From NCBI GenBank assembly GCA_043228905.1, contig JBHGNT010000001.1:10230001-10294000 (forward strand): DNA of 64,000 bases, given 5' to 3'. Made by a program: the position numbers and the translations under genes. This DNA is from Azolla caroliniana. Taxonomy: Eukaryota; Plantae; Polypodiophyta. This document shows, one piece after another, positions 51,501-61,586 of this stretch. The notes below the pieces were generated by a model. It had not been told where the DNA came from. It made no database searches and saw nothing but the letters and a program-made list of their open reading frames with translations. Each line of letters opens with the position of its first letter. Position 1 is the first letter of the stretch.

Positions 51501-52360
51501 CCCTTTGGATTTGAAATAAGCAATATCATCTTCTAGATTTGCAAAAGGTTGATCTTTATCCAAACAAGCATAGAAGTTAGAATCTTGATGACGAATGTAA
51601 CATCCAACGACAAAAGTGGGCAAATCATTAGGTGTTTCTATTTTGAGCCATATGTAGCATTTATGTTCATCATTTTTTACGATTGACACATTTCTCTATT
51701 TCCTTCTTAATCAAACATGCCACCCCTCCTTGTCCTCTTCTTTGTCTTGGATTTTTCTTCCATATCAAAGAGTGTACATTATAGTTTCTTAAACCTTGAA
51801 TCCTTTGAGTATCATGCTCCCATGTTTCAACAAGAAGTGTGATATCTGAGTCATCGATGAACTCCTCTATGCCGAATCCCGCATTCCATGGGTATCCATT
51901 GCAATTCCAAAAACATAGTCCTAAAAGACGTGGTTTAGTCTCATAGGTCATGTGTCCCTATTTGCCTACATTTCCATCTTTAAGCACATCCTTAACCTTA
52001 TTTTTCAATCTTTCTTCATATGCTTTACGACGGGCATTTTGTTGTGAGATAGTACGATCTTCACTCACAAAGCATTGCGTACCTTTGAGGTATACCCAAC
52101 TATTTTCAAGTATGATCCGCCACTTTGTATCATCCGTCATTTTGCATTGTGAGATAGTACGATCTTCACTCACAAAGCATTGTGTACCTTTGAGGTATAC
52201 CCAACTATTTTTTAGTATGATCCGCCGCTTTGTATCATCCTTCATTGTGCATAAAATGGGCCTTTCTCCGGAGCGAGTAACACCATGTTTCCCAATTTGG
52301 TGTGCACCATATACATTCACATCCAGCATCCCATAATGCATGCTAAAAAATTCACCAATG
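48520..52360 (-). mobile_element. RTE/RTE-X-like LINE, 3' part (ORF2 EN-RT and end of ORF1), decayed
   Basis: Endonuclease CFWNCNG, LVETW, FGDMNART, VIDY, SDH; RT KKAFDMV, VKQGCPL, LLYADD, FKYLG; C-terminal CILC..HTLIQC. Frameshifts present. Left end approximate. Confidence 0.88.
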
Positions 52361-52396
52361 AACACGTTCGCGTTCACAAGTGGAAGGATCGCGCAT
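52361..52396 (+). repeat. Left TIR
   Basis: AACACGTTCGCGTTCACAAGTGGAAGGATCGCGCAT. Confidence 0.95.
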
Positions 52397-52718
52397 AAAT
52401 GGAAGGATAAGGGAAATTTTAGGGGTTTTTCAATGATTTTACAAAACACATTGATACCAGTATCATACATGTTCAAACATACTATGAAAAAGGTTAAAAA
52501 TCCACTATTTTCGTGATTTAGAAGTAACTAAAAAAAGACGAATTTCAAAAAGATACATTCTCAATTTATATCACAAACTTCACAACCAATGTTATTTTAT
52601 AAGAAACAATTTTTTAGAAATCATAAGAATTCAAAACACATGATTTTATATTACTCGATTTGTTACAAGCGAAATGTAGTTACACTTAATAGCCAAATAT
52701 ACATTCATGATCACTCCT

Positions 52719-55499
52719 TTACGGAGAATCACTACTATAACTAATATACAATGACGATTCCTCCTCATCATCCTCGGATGTACCAATCAGTGCATTATCT
52801 TCGTCATAAACCAAATGGTTTGACTCTAGATTATATGTAGCAGATCTCGTTTGCCTTTGACTCGAGCCACCTTGTAGACCTGGTAATTTTTCTTTTATTA
52901 TATCTATTGTTGACTTCCTTAATCGTCCGGCATTTGTAAGTGTGAAGTCGTACACGATGATATCCACATCAGAGATATCAAGGGTCGAGGTGTTACGAAT
53001 GTTTCGCTTCCTCTTCCTACCTCCCCTTCTTGTTTGGCATTCAATCATCTCCAATGTATACTTACCTGTAAAAGCATTTGCACTTCTAGTGTTGTACCAA
53101 TGAACATTTATAGACTTGATCGTGTTTTCTATTTTATGCATTAGCACTTCTAGAATTTTACCAACCCAAAATTGGTGGCCATGTGAGTTCTCATCAGCCG
53201 GCGTTGCAATCAACATCCCCGCGGTGAGCTCTTGCAAATTTCCTTGCCATCTAGCTTCGGCTGCTTTGGTCATCCTTGGTCCCACATAAATGTCTCTTTG
53301 TTGTGGATGGACCACGTTGTCATTAATCGCATTTACTAGTTGCTCCGGACTTCTATTTACGCGATCATGTTGCAACGACCATGTGAATGGCGTTTCCAAA
53401 TTCCAATTATCAACAGATACACAATTGTCTATAATTTCTTTCTGATCACTATAAAATACATCCCACCATGACGTGTCTTGTTGTGCGGCATATTTCTTGG
53501 CGGCCTCAATATGCTTTCTTTTTTCTTCTAAGGCTTGGAGCCATGACCGTTTTTGTTCTGATACCAAGTCGCTCTGCAACTGTCCTTTCTTCTCAATTGG
53601 CATTTGCTTAGCTCCATGGACAATTGTACTCGGCATACAAAGTAATAACTGGCAACCACCTTCAGGTTCCCATGTTGTAGAAGATGAATATTGTTTGGCA
53701 TACAAAAGTGTAGAACCACTTATTCCATTTTTCTTTATCAAAAAAATGTGATTGAAACTTATATTGTTTAACTGAGCAAGCACTTTAACATTCCCACCAC
53801 CCCCATCTAATATATATCTCTTAAAGTCATATACCTCCTTCAAGTGTAACACTTTTGGGCGTGGTGTATAAGCATAAAAAATGACATCAAATAGTTTAGG
53901 TAAAGTGAAAGCATCATGCCGAGACAACTGTCTGGAGAATGTGCTAAACATCTTATCTATATGGTCATGTGTGTGGCCAACCAAAAGGAAATTGACTTTC
54001 ACTTTCCTAAACAATTCTAGGTTGACCAACATACTTAGATAGCCAAATACAGTTGAATTTTTGTTCTCTCTAGCAGTATTGTCCAATTGAATGTATAGAA
54101 CAGGGGGGAAAGGTTGTCCCCAAGACATCAAAACTCGGTGAATCACTGTAACTGTTAGGTTAGGGTCATTGTGAACATTGGGGTAAGTAATGAAGACGTG
54201 AGGTCGAACAGACCTATTATAAGCCAAGCATCCCACCAAGTGCATTTGAACAAGGCACTCATCATTGACATCTTTGGGGAGCCTCCGCATATGCGGCAAG
54301 CATGTCTTCTTCTGGTCCATGCCATCTATCATTAAGCACATGTATTGTTCAGGCCTCTTCAAACACTTCTCTCTATGATGCATCGCCTTCCTTCGTTCTA
54401 AGGATTGTGCCTCACGATGCTCTTGTAGTAACTTCTTACTCGTATCCTTTTCCATTGATGTCTTTGCACCTTTAGCCAAACTTTTAAGATTTGCACAAAT
54501 GGAGCAATACCCCATACGTACTTTACGAGGAATAATAACATTTGAAAACTTAGCTCTCCATAATCTTGTGAATTGGCTATATGTGATCGACTTATTACGT
54601 GAGCCCAACATATCATATCGATAGACATCATAAACTTCCCGACGTGTATAATTATCAGAAAGATGCATCCTACCTGTAGTGGGCATTACTTCACAATTTA
54701 ACTGAAAGTAAGTTTTCATCCAGCCAATAGCTAGTCTTCCAATTGCACCTTTCATACTTGGAACCTCTTTACAATTGAGCATTTGATCCCCGCTAAGTAG
54801 ACGTTGTTGTACTCTATGTAGCCGCATGTTACTAACACATAACGCAATTTTGAATGCAACTCTACATATCTGTTGCGCATGGAAGATATAATACTCGAAT
54901 GATACTTTGATCCCCGTACATTTGTCAGATACTAGTTGCATATGTGACCCGAGGTAAGTGTCTTGCTCATCACCGGTTATCGAAAAATAGTATCGCCTTA
55001 ATTCTCGCAACTTTGATTTTCCAATCATAGACATACAACCACGGGCACAACATATTTTGTTGACATCAAATCCAATCTGTTTATCTGATGTCACCAAGCT
55101 AAATCTAGCTAGACGAATTCTTCGTGGGATTCTTCTAATATGCATAGGGCTCCCAGATTTCTCTTCCTGCATAGAGGTTGGTGTAACATTGTTACAGTCT
55201 AATTCTTTGTTGTGACCATCGCCAATGTTATTCAATGTTTCCTGGGCACTTCCTTCATTCTCGGTATCTTTATTAATATCGTATTCTTCAATAGAGAACT
55301 CTTCACATGTGTCATTATGTACATTCCCTGTAGATGAGCTCAGACAATATTCTTCGATACAATATGGTGAGTCGGTCGACAGACAATATTCTTCAATCGA
55401 ATATGGTGACTCTGTTGACAAACAATACTCTTCAGTAGAAAACGATGGGTCTGATGACAAACAATATTCTTCAATCGAGAACGGTGAATCTTCACTCAT
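52719..55499 (-). CDS. DDD-type transposase, Sola1/DUF7869-like, 926 aa, intronless and open
   Basis: Candidate catalytic motifs CLMIDGMDQKKT, LYIQLDNTARENKN and NFLLVGHTHDHIDKMFS. Cys motifs CCARGC, ICRVAF and GYCSIC. Lies inside TIRs with a 4-bp TSD. Superfamily label is from recalled motif patterns. Confidence 0.85.
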   Translation of the reverse strand: MSEDSPFSIEEYCLSSDPSFSTEEYCLSTESPYSIEEYCLSTDSPYCIEEYCLSSSTGNVHNDTCEEFSIEEYDINKDTENEGSAQETLNNIGDGHNKELDCNNVTPTSMQEEKSGSPMHIRRIPRRIRLARFSLVTSDKQIGFDVNKICCARGCMSMIGKSKLRELRRYYFSITGDEQDTYLGSHMQLVSDKCTGIKVSFEYYIFHAQQICRVAFKIALCVSNMRLHRVQQRLLSGDQMLNCKEVPSMKGAIGRLAIGWMKTYFQLNCEVMPTTGRMHLSDNYTRREVYDVYRYDMLGSRNKSITYSQFTRLWRAKFSNVIIPRKVRMGYCSICANLKSLAKGAKTSMEKDTSKKLLQEHREAQSLERRKAMHHREKCLKRPEQYMCLMIDGMDQKKTCLPHMRRLPKDVNDECLVQMHLVGCLAYNRSVRPHVFITYPNVHNDPNLTVTVIHRVLMSWGQPFPPVLYIQLDNTARENKNSTVFGYLSMLVNLELFRKVKVNFLLVGHTHDHIDKMFSTFSRQLSRHDAFTLPKLFDVIFYAYTPRPKVLHLKEVYDFKRYILDGGGGNVKVLAQLNNISFNHIFLIKKNGISGSTLLYAKQYSSSTTWEPEGGCQLLLCMPSTIVHGAKQMPIEKKGQLQSDLVSEQKRSWLQALEEKRKHIEAAKKYAAQQDTSWWDVFYSDQKEIIDNCVSVDNWNLETPFTWSLQHDRVNRSPEQLVNAINDNVVHPQQRDIYVGPRMTKAAEARWQGNLQELTAGMLIATPADENSHGHQFWVGKILEVLMHKIENTIKSINVHWYNTRSANAFTGKYTLEMIECQTRRGGRKRKRNIRNTSTLDISDVDIIVYDFTLTNAGRLRKSTIDIIKEKLPGLQGGSSQRQTRSATYNLESNHLVYDEDNALIGTSEDDEEESSLYISYSSDSP

Positions 55500-55803
55500 G
55501 GCTTAAGGTCTAGATAAGGCTCTCTAAGTTATGGGCTTAGGGGAAAGAAAAAAACTAATAAGCTCCTCTCTAAACATATACTCCTCTCTAAACATAAACT
55601 TCTCTCTAAACAAAAGCCAAATCAATAGAATGTCTATATTATGTAATATTCTATTAATACAATACATCAAAAAATTATTTTTAATAAAGTAATTGTACTT
55701 AAAATATCAATTATTATATAAACTAGATCTATATAAAGTTAAATCAAGTAAAATATAAAACTAATCATTAACAAGCCATGAATATGTTGGATTAATGTTA
55801 AAA

Positions 55804-55980
55804 TCATTGGCTAATTAATGGCACCCATTTTGATATAGAACGTCTCACTCATTGGTTCTTTAATGCTCACCATTTTAAATATTAGACTTATCAATCATTG
55901 GTTAATTTATGCCCACATCTTTAATACACAACATTTGAGAGTCATAAAAATTGTTGGTTTTAGTAATCAATCATTGGTAC
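55804..55980. promoter_or_regulatory. Degenerate ~46-bp repeats, each with TCATTGG (inverted CCAAT box), in the divergent intergenic region
   Basis: ATTGG at 55806, 55851, 55897 and 55973. Confidence 0.45.
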
Positions 55981-56200
55981 ATTCATGAACCTCTATCATT
56001 GTCTCATTCATAACCTTTGAAGTCATTGTAGGTTGTTATGACTATAAAAGATTGATCAATATGGTAGTTTGACTTTGTAATCATTAATACAATCATAAGT
56101 TTCTCTAGTTAATGTGACTATGGTTACCAACTAACTATCCTCAAAGTTACCAACCTTGGTTAAGGTGACTATGGTTACTTTAACCAATGTGTTCAATCCC

Positions 56201-56208
56201 TATAAATA
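56201..56208 (+). promoter_or_regulatory. Putative TATA box of the cargo gene
   Basis: CTATAAATAG about 150 bp upstream of ATG 56352; 9-bp ACAGAGCAC repeats (about 56235-56312) lie in the putative 5' UTR. Confidence 0.55.
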
Positions 56209-56351
56209 GGAAGACCTCGTCATATTTCACTCACCAGAGCGTACAGAGCGTACAGAGCACACAGAACGTAGAGAGCACACAGAGCACACAAAGCACACAG
56301 AGCACAAAGCACGAAAGCGCGATCTCCGCCTCCACTTCCACACGATCAAAC

Positions 56352-59300
56352 ATGTCTTCAAAGAGAATCGAGCGCGAGGACTCCAGGTAGGCCTCTGACA
56401 CTGTGGATATTTTTGTAAATATGTTTCGTTTCTCAAGAACTCGATACGTCGTATCGAGTTCATGTATACAATACAAATATTTATACATGAACTCGATACG
56501 GCGTATCGAGTTCATAATTTAATTTTGCTTTTTATACAGGAACTCGATACGCCGTATCGAGTTCCTGTTTAAAGTGTAGGTTTTAGACAGGAACTCGATA
56601 CGGCGTATCGAGTTCCTGTTTAATGTGTAGGTTTTAAACAGGAACTCGATACGCCGTATCGAGTTCGTGTTTAAAGTGTAGGTTTTAAACAGGAACTCGA
56701 TACGCCGTATCGAGTTCGTGTTTAAAGTGTAGGTTTTAAACAGGAACTCGATACGGCGTATCGAGTTCCTGTTTAAAGTTTGAATTTTAAACAGGAACTC
56801 GATACGCCGTATCGAGTTCCTGTTTAAAGTTTAGGTTTTAAATACGAACTCGATACGCCGTATCGAGCTCCTGTATATAAGAAGGCTTTGAGAGAGAAAA
56901 TTTGTATTTTTGGGGTAACAAATAATTTTGGGATGGAAAAGTTATCAAATTGTCTGGCAAAATCAGTCTTTTTATGTTGGCTTTCCTTACTTTTAAAAAA
57001 AAACATGCTCTAATTATAGGTGTTTTATGACCTACTTTAGCTTAAAATAGTAGAAAATGATCCACAAATTGCCTTTACGATAGCAAATTCTCGTCAATAT
57101 AGGTTTGGAATCTATATAAGTCATACCTACTATTTAAAAGAATATATAACCCTTTTTACTTATTACGATATATATTTTCTAGGTTGAGTAGCCCTGCCTA
57201 TAATAGATTTTTGAATATAGGACTGCTCCTGGGAACTGTTCTTCATGTTAATATACAACCTTAATCTATGTGACTACCTAACTTATGTTTTTGCATATAC
57301 TTTCTTAAATAGGTCGTTTGAAAACCTGTCGGACCGACCAGTGAAGAAAATAAAGCTTCGCATACAAGGTTCTCCAATCGAAGCCCAGACCAAGGTAGCT
57401 CCTGAGACCATGAAGAGAGGAAAAAAGCTTCTCTTTAACGAAGAGACAAAATCTCAGCCACATAGTGATGTTAGCCAAAAGAAACTTGTCGCCGCTACTG
57501 GAGGTGAAGACCTTCCTGACCGAGATCTAACGGACAAGGAATGGTGTATGCAATATGTCGACTCAAAGAAAAAAGTCGTATTGTATACAACAAAGAAGAA
57601 GGGTGAGGGGCAACTTGGAAAGGAAACCCCATTTATGTATGGCCGTATTCTACGATTTGACTACGAAGATGCAGATTCGGCCAACATACTGGTAATGATA
57701 GAGTGCTCCAAGGGGGTACGTAAAGTGTTCCTTTCAGAAGACCTTTTAGTAAAAGAATCTTGTGGGCCAAAAGTGTTCAAAAAAGCACTTGATAGCTCAC
57801 AAAACCTTATTGTTACCTTGAGGCCTTATATACAAGGCCATGTAACTCTAAGAGATGAAGTGCCCTCCCCATTGAAGCCAACAAAAAAGGTTTCCAAAGT
57901 CCAGTCAAGACCAGCAAAGAAGAAGACAACGAAAATGTCGGATACGGATTCAACAAGTGAAAACGAAGAGGAGGATAATAAGGGGACGCCAGGAGCTGAG
58001 CTGGCCTCGGGTGTTTTGTCATCCGAGCAGAATAAAATAAGGAGAGAGTTAATGCAACGGAAGCTGGTCAGGAAAGGGCAAGTATTTAATTTACCTATAA
58101 CACACATCCATCGGCCCCCTATTGATGAAAAAACAGGTCGAAGACCACTTGAGATTAGAGAGCCTCACCGCATGCATGTTCAAAATCTCAAGAAAAAAAT
58201 GAAAATTAATCCTCATGCCACTGTGGTGCCTTTTATTGTTATGGTAGATCCTGAAGAATGTGAAACCATTGAAGATTTTGATATTAGAAAACATGATCAA
58301 TATAATTATTTTGTCATTGGTGGATCGCATTCAGCAGAGGCACGTCGGCAACTTGTGAGAGAACATCCAACCACTTTCTTCTTCAAGTATGCCGAGTGCA
58401 AAATTTATGTTGGGCTCACAACCGAAGAGGCTAAGCTGTTGGCATGGGACCATAATAATGATAATGACTATAGGCAGAAAATGTCGTCCATTGAGCGTAT
58501 ACGGTTCTTCCACCACGAGTATTTAGATGTGAAACAAAAGTTTGGTGTGAAGTTACATCCAGGCCTTCGACGTCAATGTCTGCATGAAGTCGGCATTGTG
58601 GTAGATGATAATGTTAGGTCCGATGGTCTTCGAAAGTATGAGTCTTGGTTTCAATTGGCGTTTAGAGATGGAGAAGTATGGGACCTACAAGATCAAATCT
58701 TCTCAATGTGGGAGAATAAGGAGGTAAAGGGTCAACGACAAAAGAAATGTAGGGTTGACCCTCAACTAGAGTTAAAGTCACAAGCCGCCAAGAAAATTGA
58801 CTTGACAATTGAAGAAGCGGCAGATGACATGAAGCTGTCTCTATGGAGAGCGATGCAAGGTATTAAGGACGAGCAACTTCTTGTGTCGGTTTTGTCAAGG
58901 GTTGTGGCGAAAGATTTAAGCCTTGAAGAAATGGTCACTGAGTTCAATAAGTAAGTCCCTCAAATACTGAAATTGTAGTCTATCTAGTTTAATTCAAAGT
59001 TCTAATCTTGATTTCTAATTTTACAGTCATAAGGTGTACATGAAGATCCAAGAAGTTATGATGAAACAACTTGGATGTATAACTTGGGAACAAGTGACCG
59101 AGGATTATCCTCTAACGTCTTCGTATAAGGCGTTATCAGAGTATTTTATTGCATTCAAGGATTGGGTTAGTATTCATGTTTTTTCATTACCCTTTCATCA
59201 TATGTAGAGCTTGTATAATAATACCTGATGTCCTATTGCTTCTATTAGAAACCGTGTCGAGGCAAGAAACAAGGAGAAGTTAAGGATATACACGATTTCC

Positions 59301-60538
59301 CTACATCCTTCCTTGCACATCTCGAACGAGCCAGAAAAGAAAAGGATCGTCGCTTAGTCAAGGCGTACGAAATGGAGGAAGATGGCTCCTTTAAAAAATT
59401 TAGCCACAAAAAAGATATTACAAGAGATCTTTACTACAATGTGGTTTGCGGTGATGTCATCGACTTGATCCAGAAGGTGCCAAAGAAGGAATATACGCTA
59501 ATGATTGCGGATATTCCTTACGGATTTCGAATGGCTGGGTCATCATACGACGATGAACCGTTTAGGTTTAAACAATTGGAGAAGATGGTCAAGGATTTCG
59601 CTGAGCTAACGACCGCATCCTTGTGGCGAATAGTTGTCTTTCATAGTATGGACCAAGGGTACTCGGTAGCTCAAGCTTTGAGATCTCGTTGCCATGGCAT
59701 CGAGAACCTTGCATGGTAAGGATTATTTATAGGTGTCTTTCACTATATTGCATTTCTTAAGGTTGTTGAATCTATTCTTAACTCGATGTATTATTTTTTA
59801 TAGGATCAAGACCAATGTAAATAGAGGGCCAACTTTTCGGTTCGTTAATGCCATTGAATACATAACGGTTGGCTACTTCGATGAAATTAAGAAACAGAGA
59901 ATCAAAGAGCATTCTAATGAAGTGGGAGGTTCAAATCTGTTGGTATATCCAGCAGTGACTCGGAAATTGCGACATGTCACCACGACAGAACGGGGACTTG
60001 TCAACCCATACCAAAAACCTCAACGACTTATGATGCGCTTGATCGAGATGTTTTCTGTCGAAGGAGACTGGATATTAGATCTCTTTTCTGGCATAGGTAT
60101 TCCTCGAACTAGGGTAACGATCTTGAGATAACCAATCACTTTTTTTTCGTTTGACAACTAAATCTTCTTGTTACTTACATCACAGGAACTACGTCAGCAT
60201 GTGCATTGAAGTTGTTTAGAAATACAGTTGCATTGGAGAAGGACGAGGACCAAGTTATATTTATTAATATGCGGATTAAGGCTTTGTGGGAGTGCCCAGA
60301 CCAGGATGAGGAGGTCGGTGCAAAGAACCTCGCCAATACAGAAAGGTTTCAACCTGCTTCGCGAGAGCCTATTCCTCCATTAGTCGGCGAACCGGGGGAG
60401 CTAATAGAGCTTGATGATGAGCTTATAGAAGATATTTTGTTGGCTCGGCTAACAGGGGAAACCAATGCACGTATAGCCGAAGACAGTTCTACACAAGATG
60501 ATGAAGAAAATGACGTTGATGAATTGATTGCTATGTAA
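56352..60538 (+). CDS. ParB/Srx-like domain fused to a beta-class (N6A/N4C) DNA amino-methyltransferase; 6 exons, ~974 aa
   Basis: Exons 56352-56386, 57313-58950, 59027-59165, 59249-59715, 59804-60096 and 60186-60538 join in frame at GT-AG sites (2925 nt, no internal stop); exon 1 is the least certain. ParB-like: LPITHIH...HVQNLKKKM...VPFIVMV...YFVIGGSHSAEA...LTTEEAKLLAWDHN. MTase: VVCGDVIDLI...LMIADIPYG, AWIKTN, AIEYITVG, VNPYQKPQRLMMRLIEMFS.EGDWILDLFSGIGTTSACA..LFRNTVALEKD. Confidence 0.85.
56437..56870. repeat. Array of nine 25-bp palindromes with 51-bp period, in predicted intron 1 of the cargo gene
   Basis: GAACTCGATACG-N-CGTATCGAGTTC starts at 56437, 56489, 56540, 56591, 56642, 56693, 56744, 56795 and 56846 (last has 1 mismatch). 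Spacers resemble CTGTTTAAAGTGTAGGTTTTAAACAG. Confidence 0.95.
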
Positions 60539-61550
60539 TAGACTCTATGAAGAATATGACACTGACGATTTGTTAAGATTTCACATTATTAATACAAATA
60601 TTGGGTTTTACCTAGTGGATTCTATTCTTTATAATCTTCTATATGTTTCAATTTTATTTTTATATACTTGATTAGTAGATTTATGACATTGGTTTCACCG
60701 CGTGCATAGCTGACTACCAAACTTATGGAGAAACATGAACTAGTTTAAATGGAGGCTGATTTTGGTCCAAGCTAACCTTAACAGAACATGGCCCTATAAT
60801 TGTTGCCATGACTGTCCATGTTGTTATTATGGATCTTTGTCTTCTATTGTTAAAACTATTATGTTTCTATTCCATTGCTACTTAGATTGTGTAGTGTGTT
60901 GATAATGGTTCCAGTTGCGTTATCGTTCGGAGTTTGATCTTGTGTGAATCACCTAAGCAATAGAGTAGACCAATTTTAAATACAGGTATGAAAGCCTAAT
61001 AGGTTTGTTATTTCCACGACATTATCCTAAAGTTCACTGCCTTACATTGTGCACAATTATATACACATATGGTTTGATCTCATATGAACAAACTGAGGAA
61101 TAGATTAGATCAACTTTAAATACAAGTATTGAATACTTTAATAAGTTAGTTATTCCAATCACTTATCCTAATGTGCACTATCCTACATTTTCCACAATTA
61201 CATACATGCATGTATGGGTCAAAGTATAAATTATATCTCATTTTATTAGTATGGATACAAGTACACCTCATATTTTTGTAAAACTTACCTAATTAATATA
61301 AGTCTTTAAGTTAGTGTTTCCCTTGTCGCACAATAGTGCCATATTGAGCCATAGTTGAACTTTATTATGCCTACATTAACTTATCAACATGTCTAAACTT
61401 GCATGATTTCTAATGATCTCCACTCGTAGATCTATCATGTATTTTTATATTTGCAAATTCTCGTCAAGTTGAGGAACATGTGATACTAGTGCATCCAATT
61501 TTTGTAGAGAGGGTGTATTTGCTTCGTTTTAAGAAGATTCTACAAGTGGA

Positions 61551-61586
61551 ATGCGCAATCCTTCCACTTGTGAACGCGAACGTGTT
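61551..61586 (-). repeat. Right TIR
   Basis: ATGCGCAATCCTTCCACTTGTGAACGCGAACGTGTT, the reverse complement of the left TIR with one mismatch. Confidence 0.95.

Larger units (their letters stand above)
52361..61586. mobile_element. 9.2-kb cut-and-paste DNA transposon (Sola-like) carrying a ParB-methyltransferase cargo gene
   Basis: 36-bp TIRs 52361-52396 and 61551-61586 (35/36 identical). 4-bp TSD AATG at 52357-52360 and 61587-61590. Removing the element and one TSD restores LINE ORF1 (...SLGKAI-GEFFSMHY...). Confidence 0.93.

Noticed and set aside
51958-52476. Similarity between ORFs 51958-52476 and 61480-61716 (CAILPLVNANV) as paralogous genes
   Set aside because: The shared peptide is simply the translated TIR.
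56437-56870. CRISPR array (palindromic repeat with regular spacing)
   Set aside because: Spacers are near-copies of each other rather than unique, no cas genes are present, and the array lies in a predicted intron of a eukaryotic TE gene.
56352-60538. Bacterial contamination or a prophage as the source of the ParB-MTase
   Set aside because: The gene needs five GT-AG introns to be in frame and lies within TIRs and a TSD that cleanly interrupt a LINE ORF.
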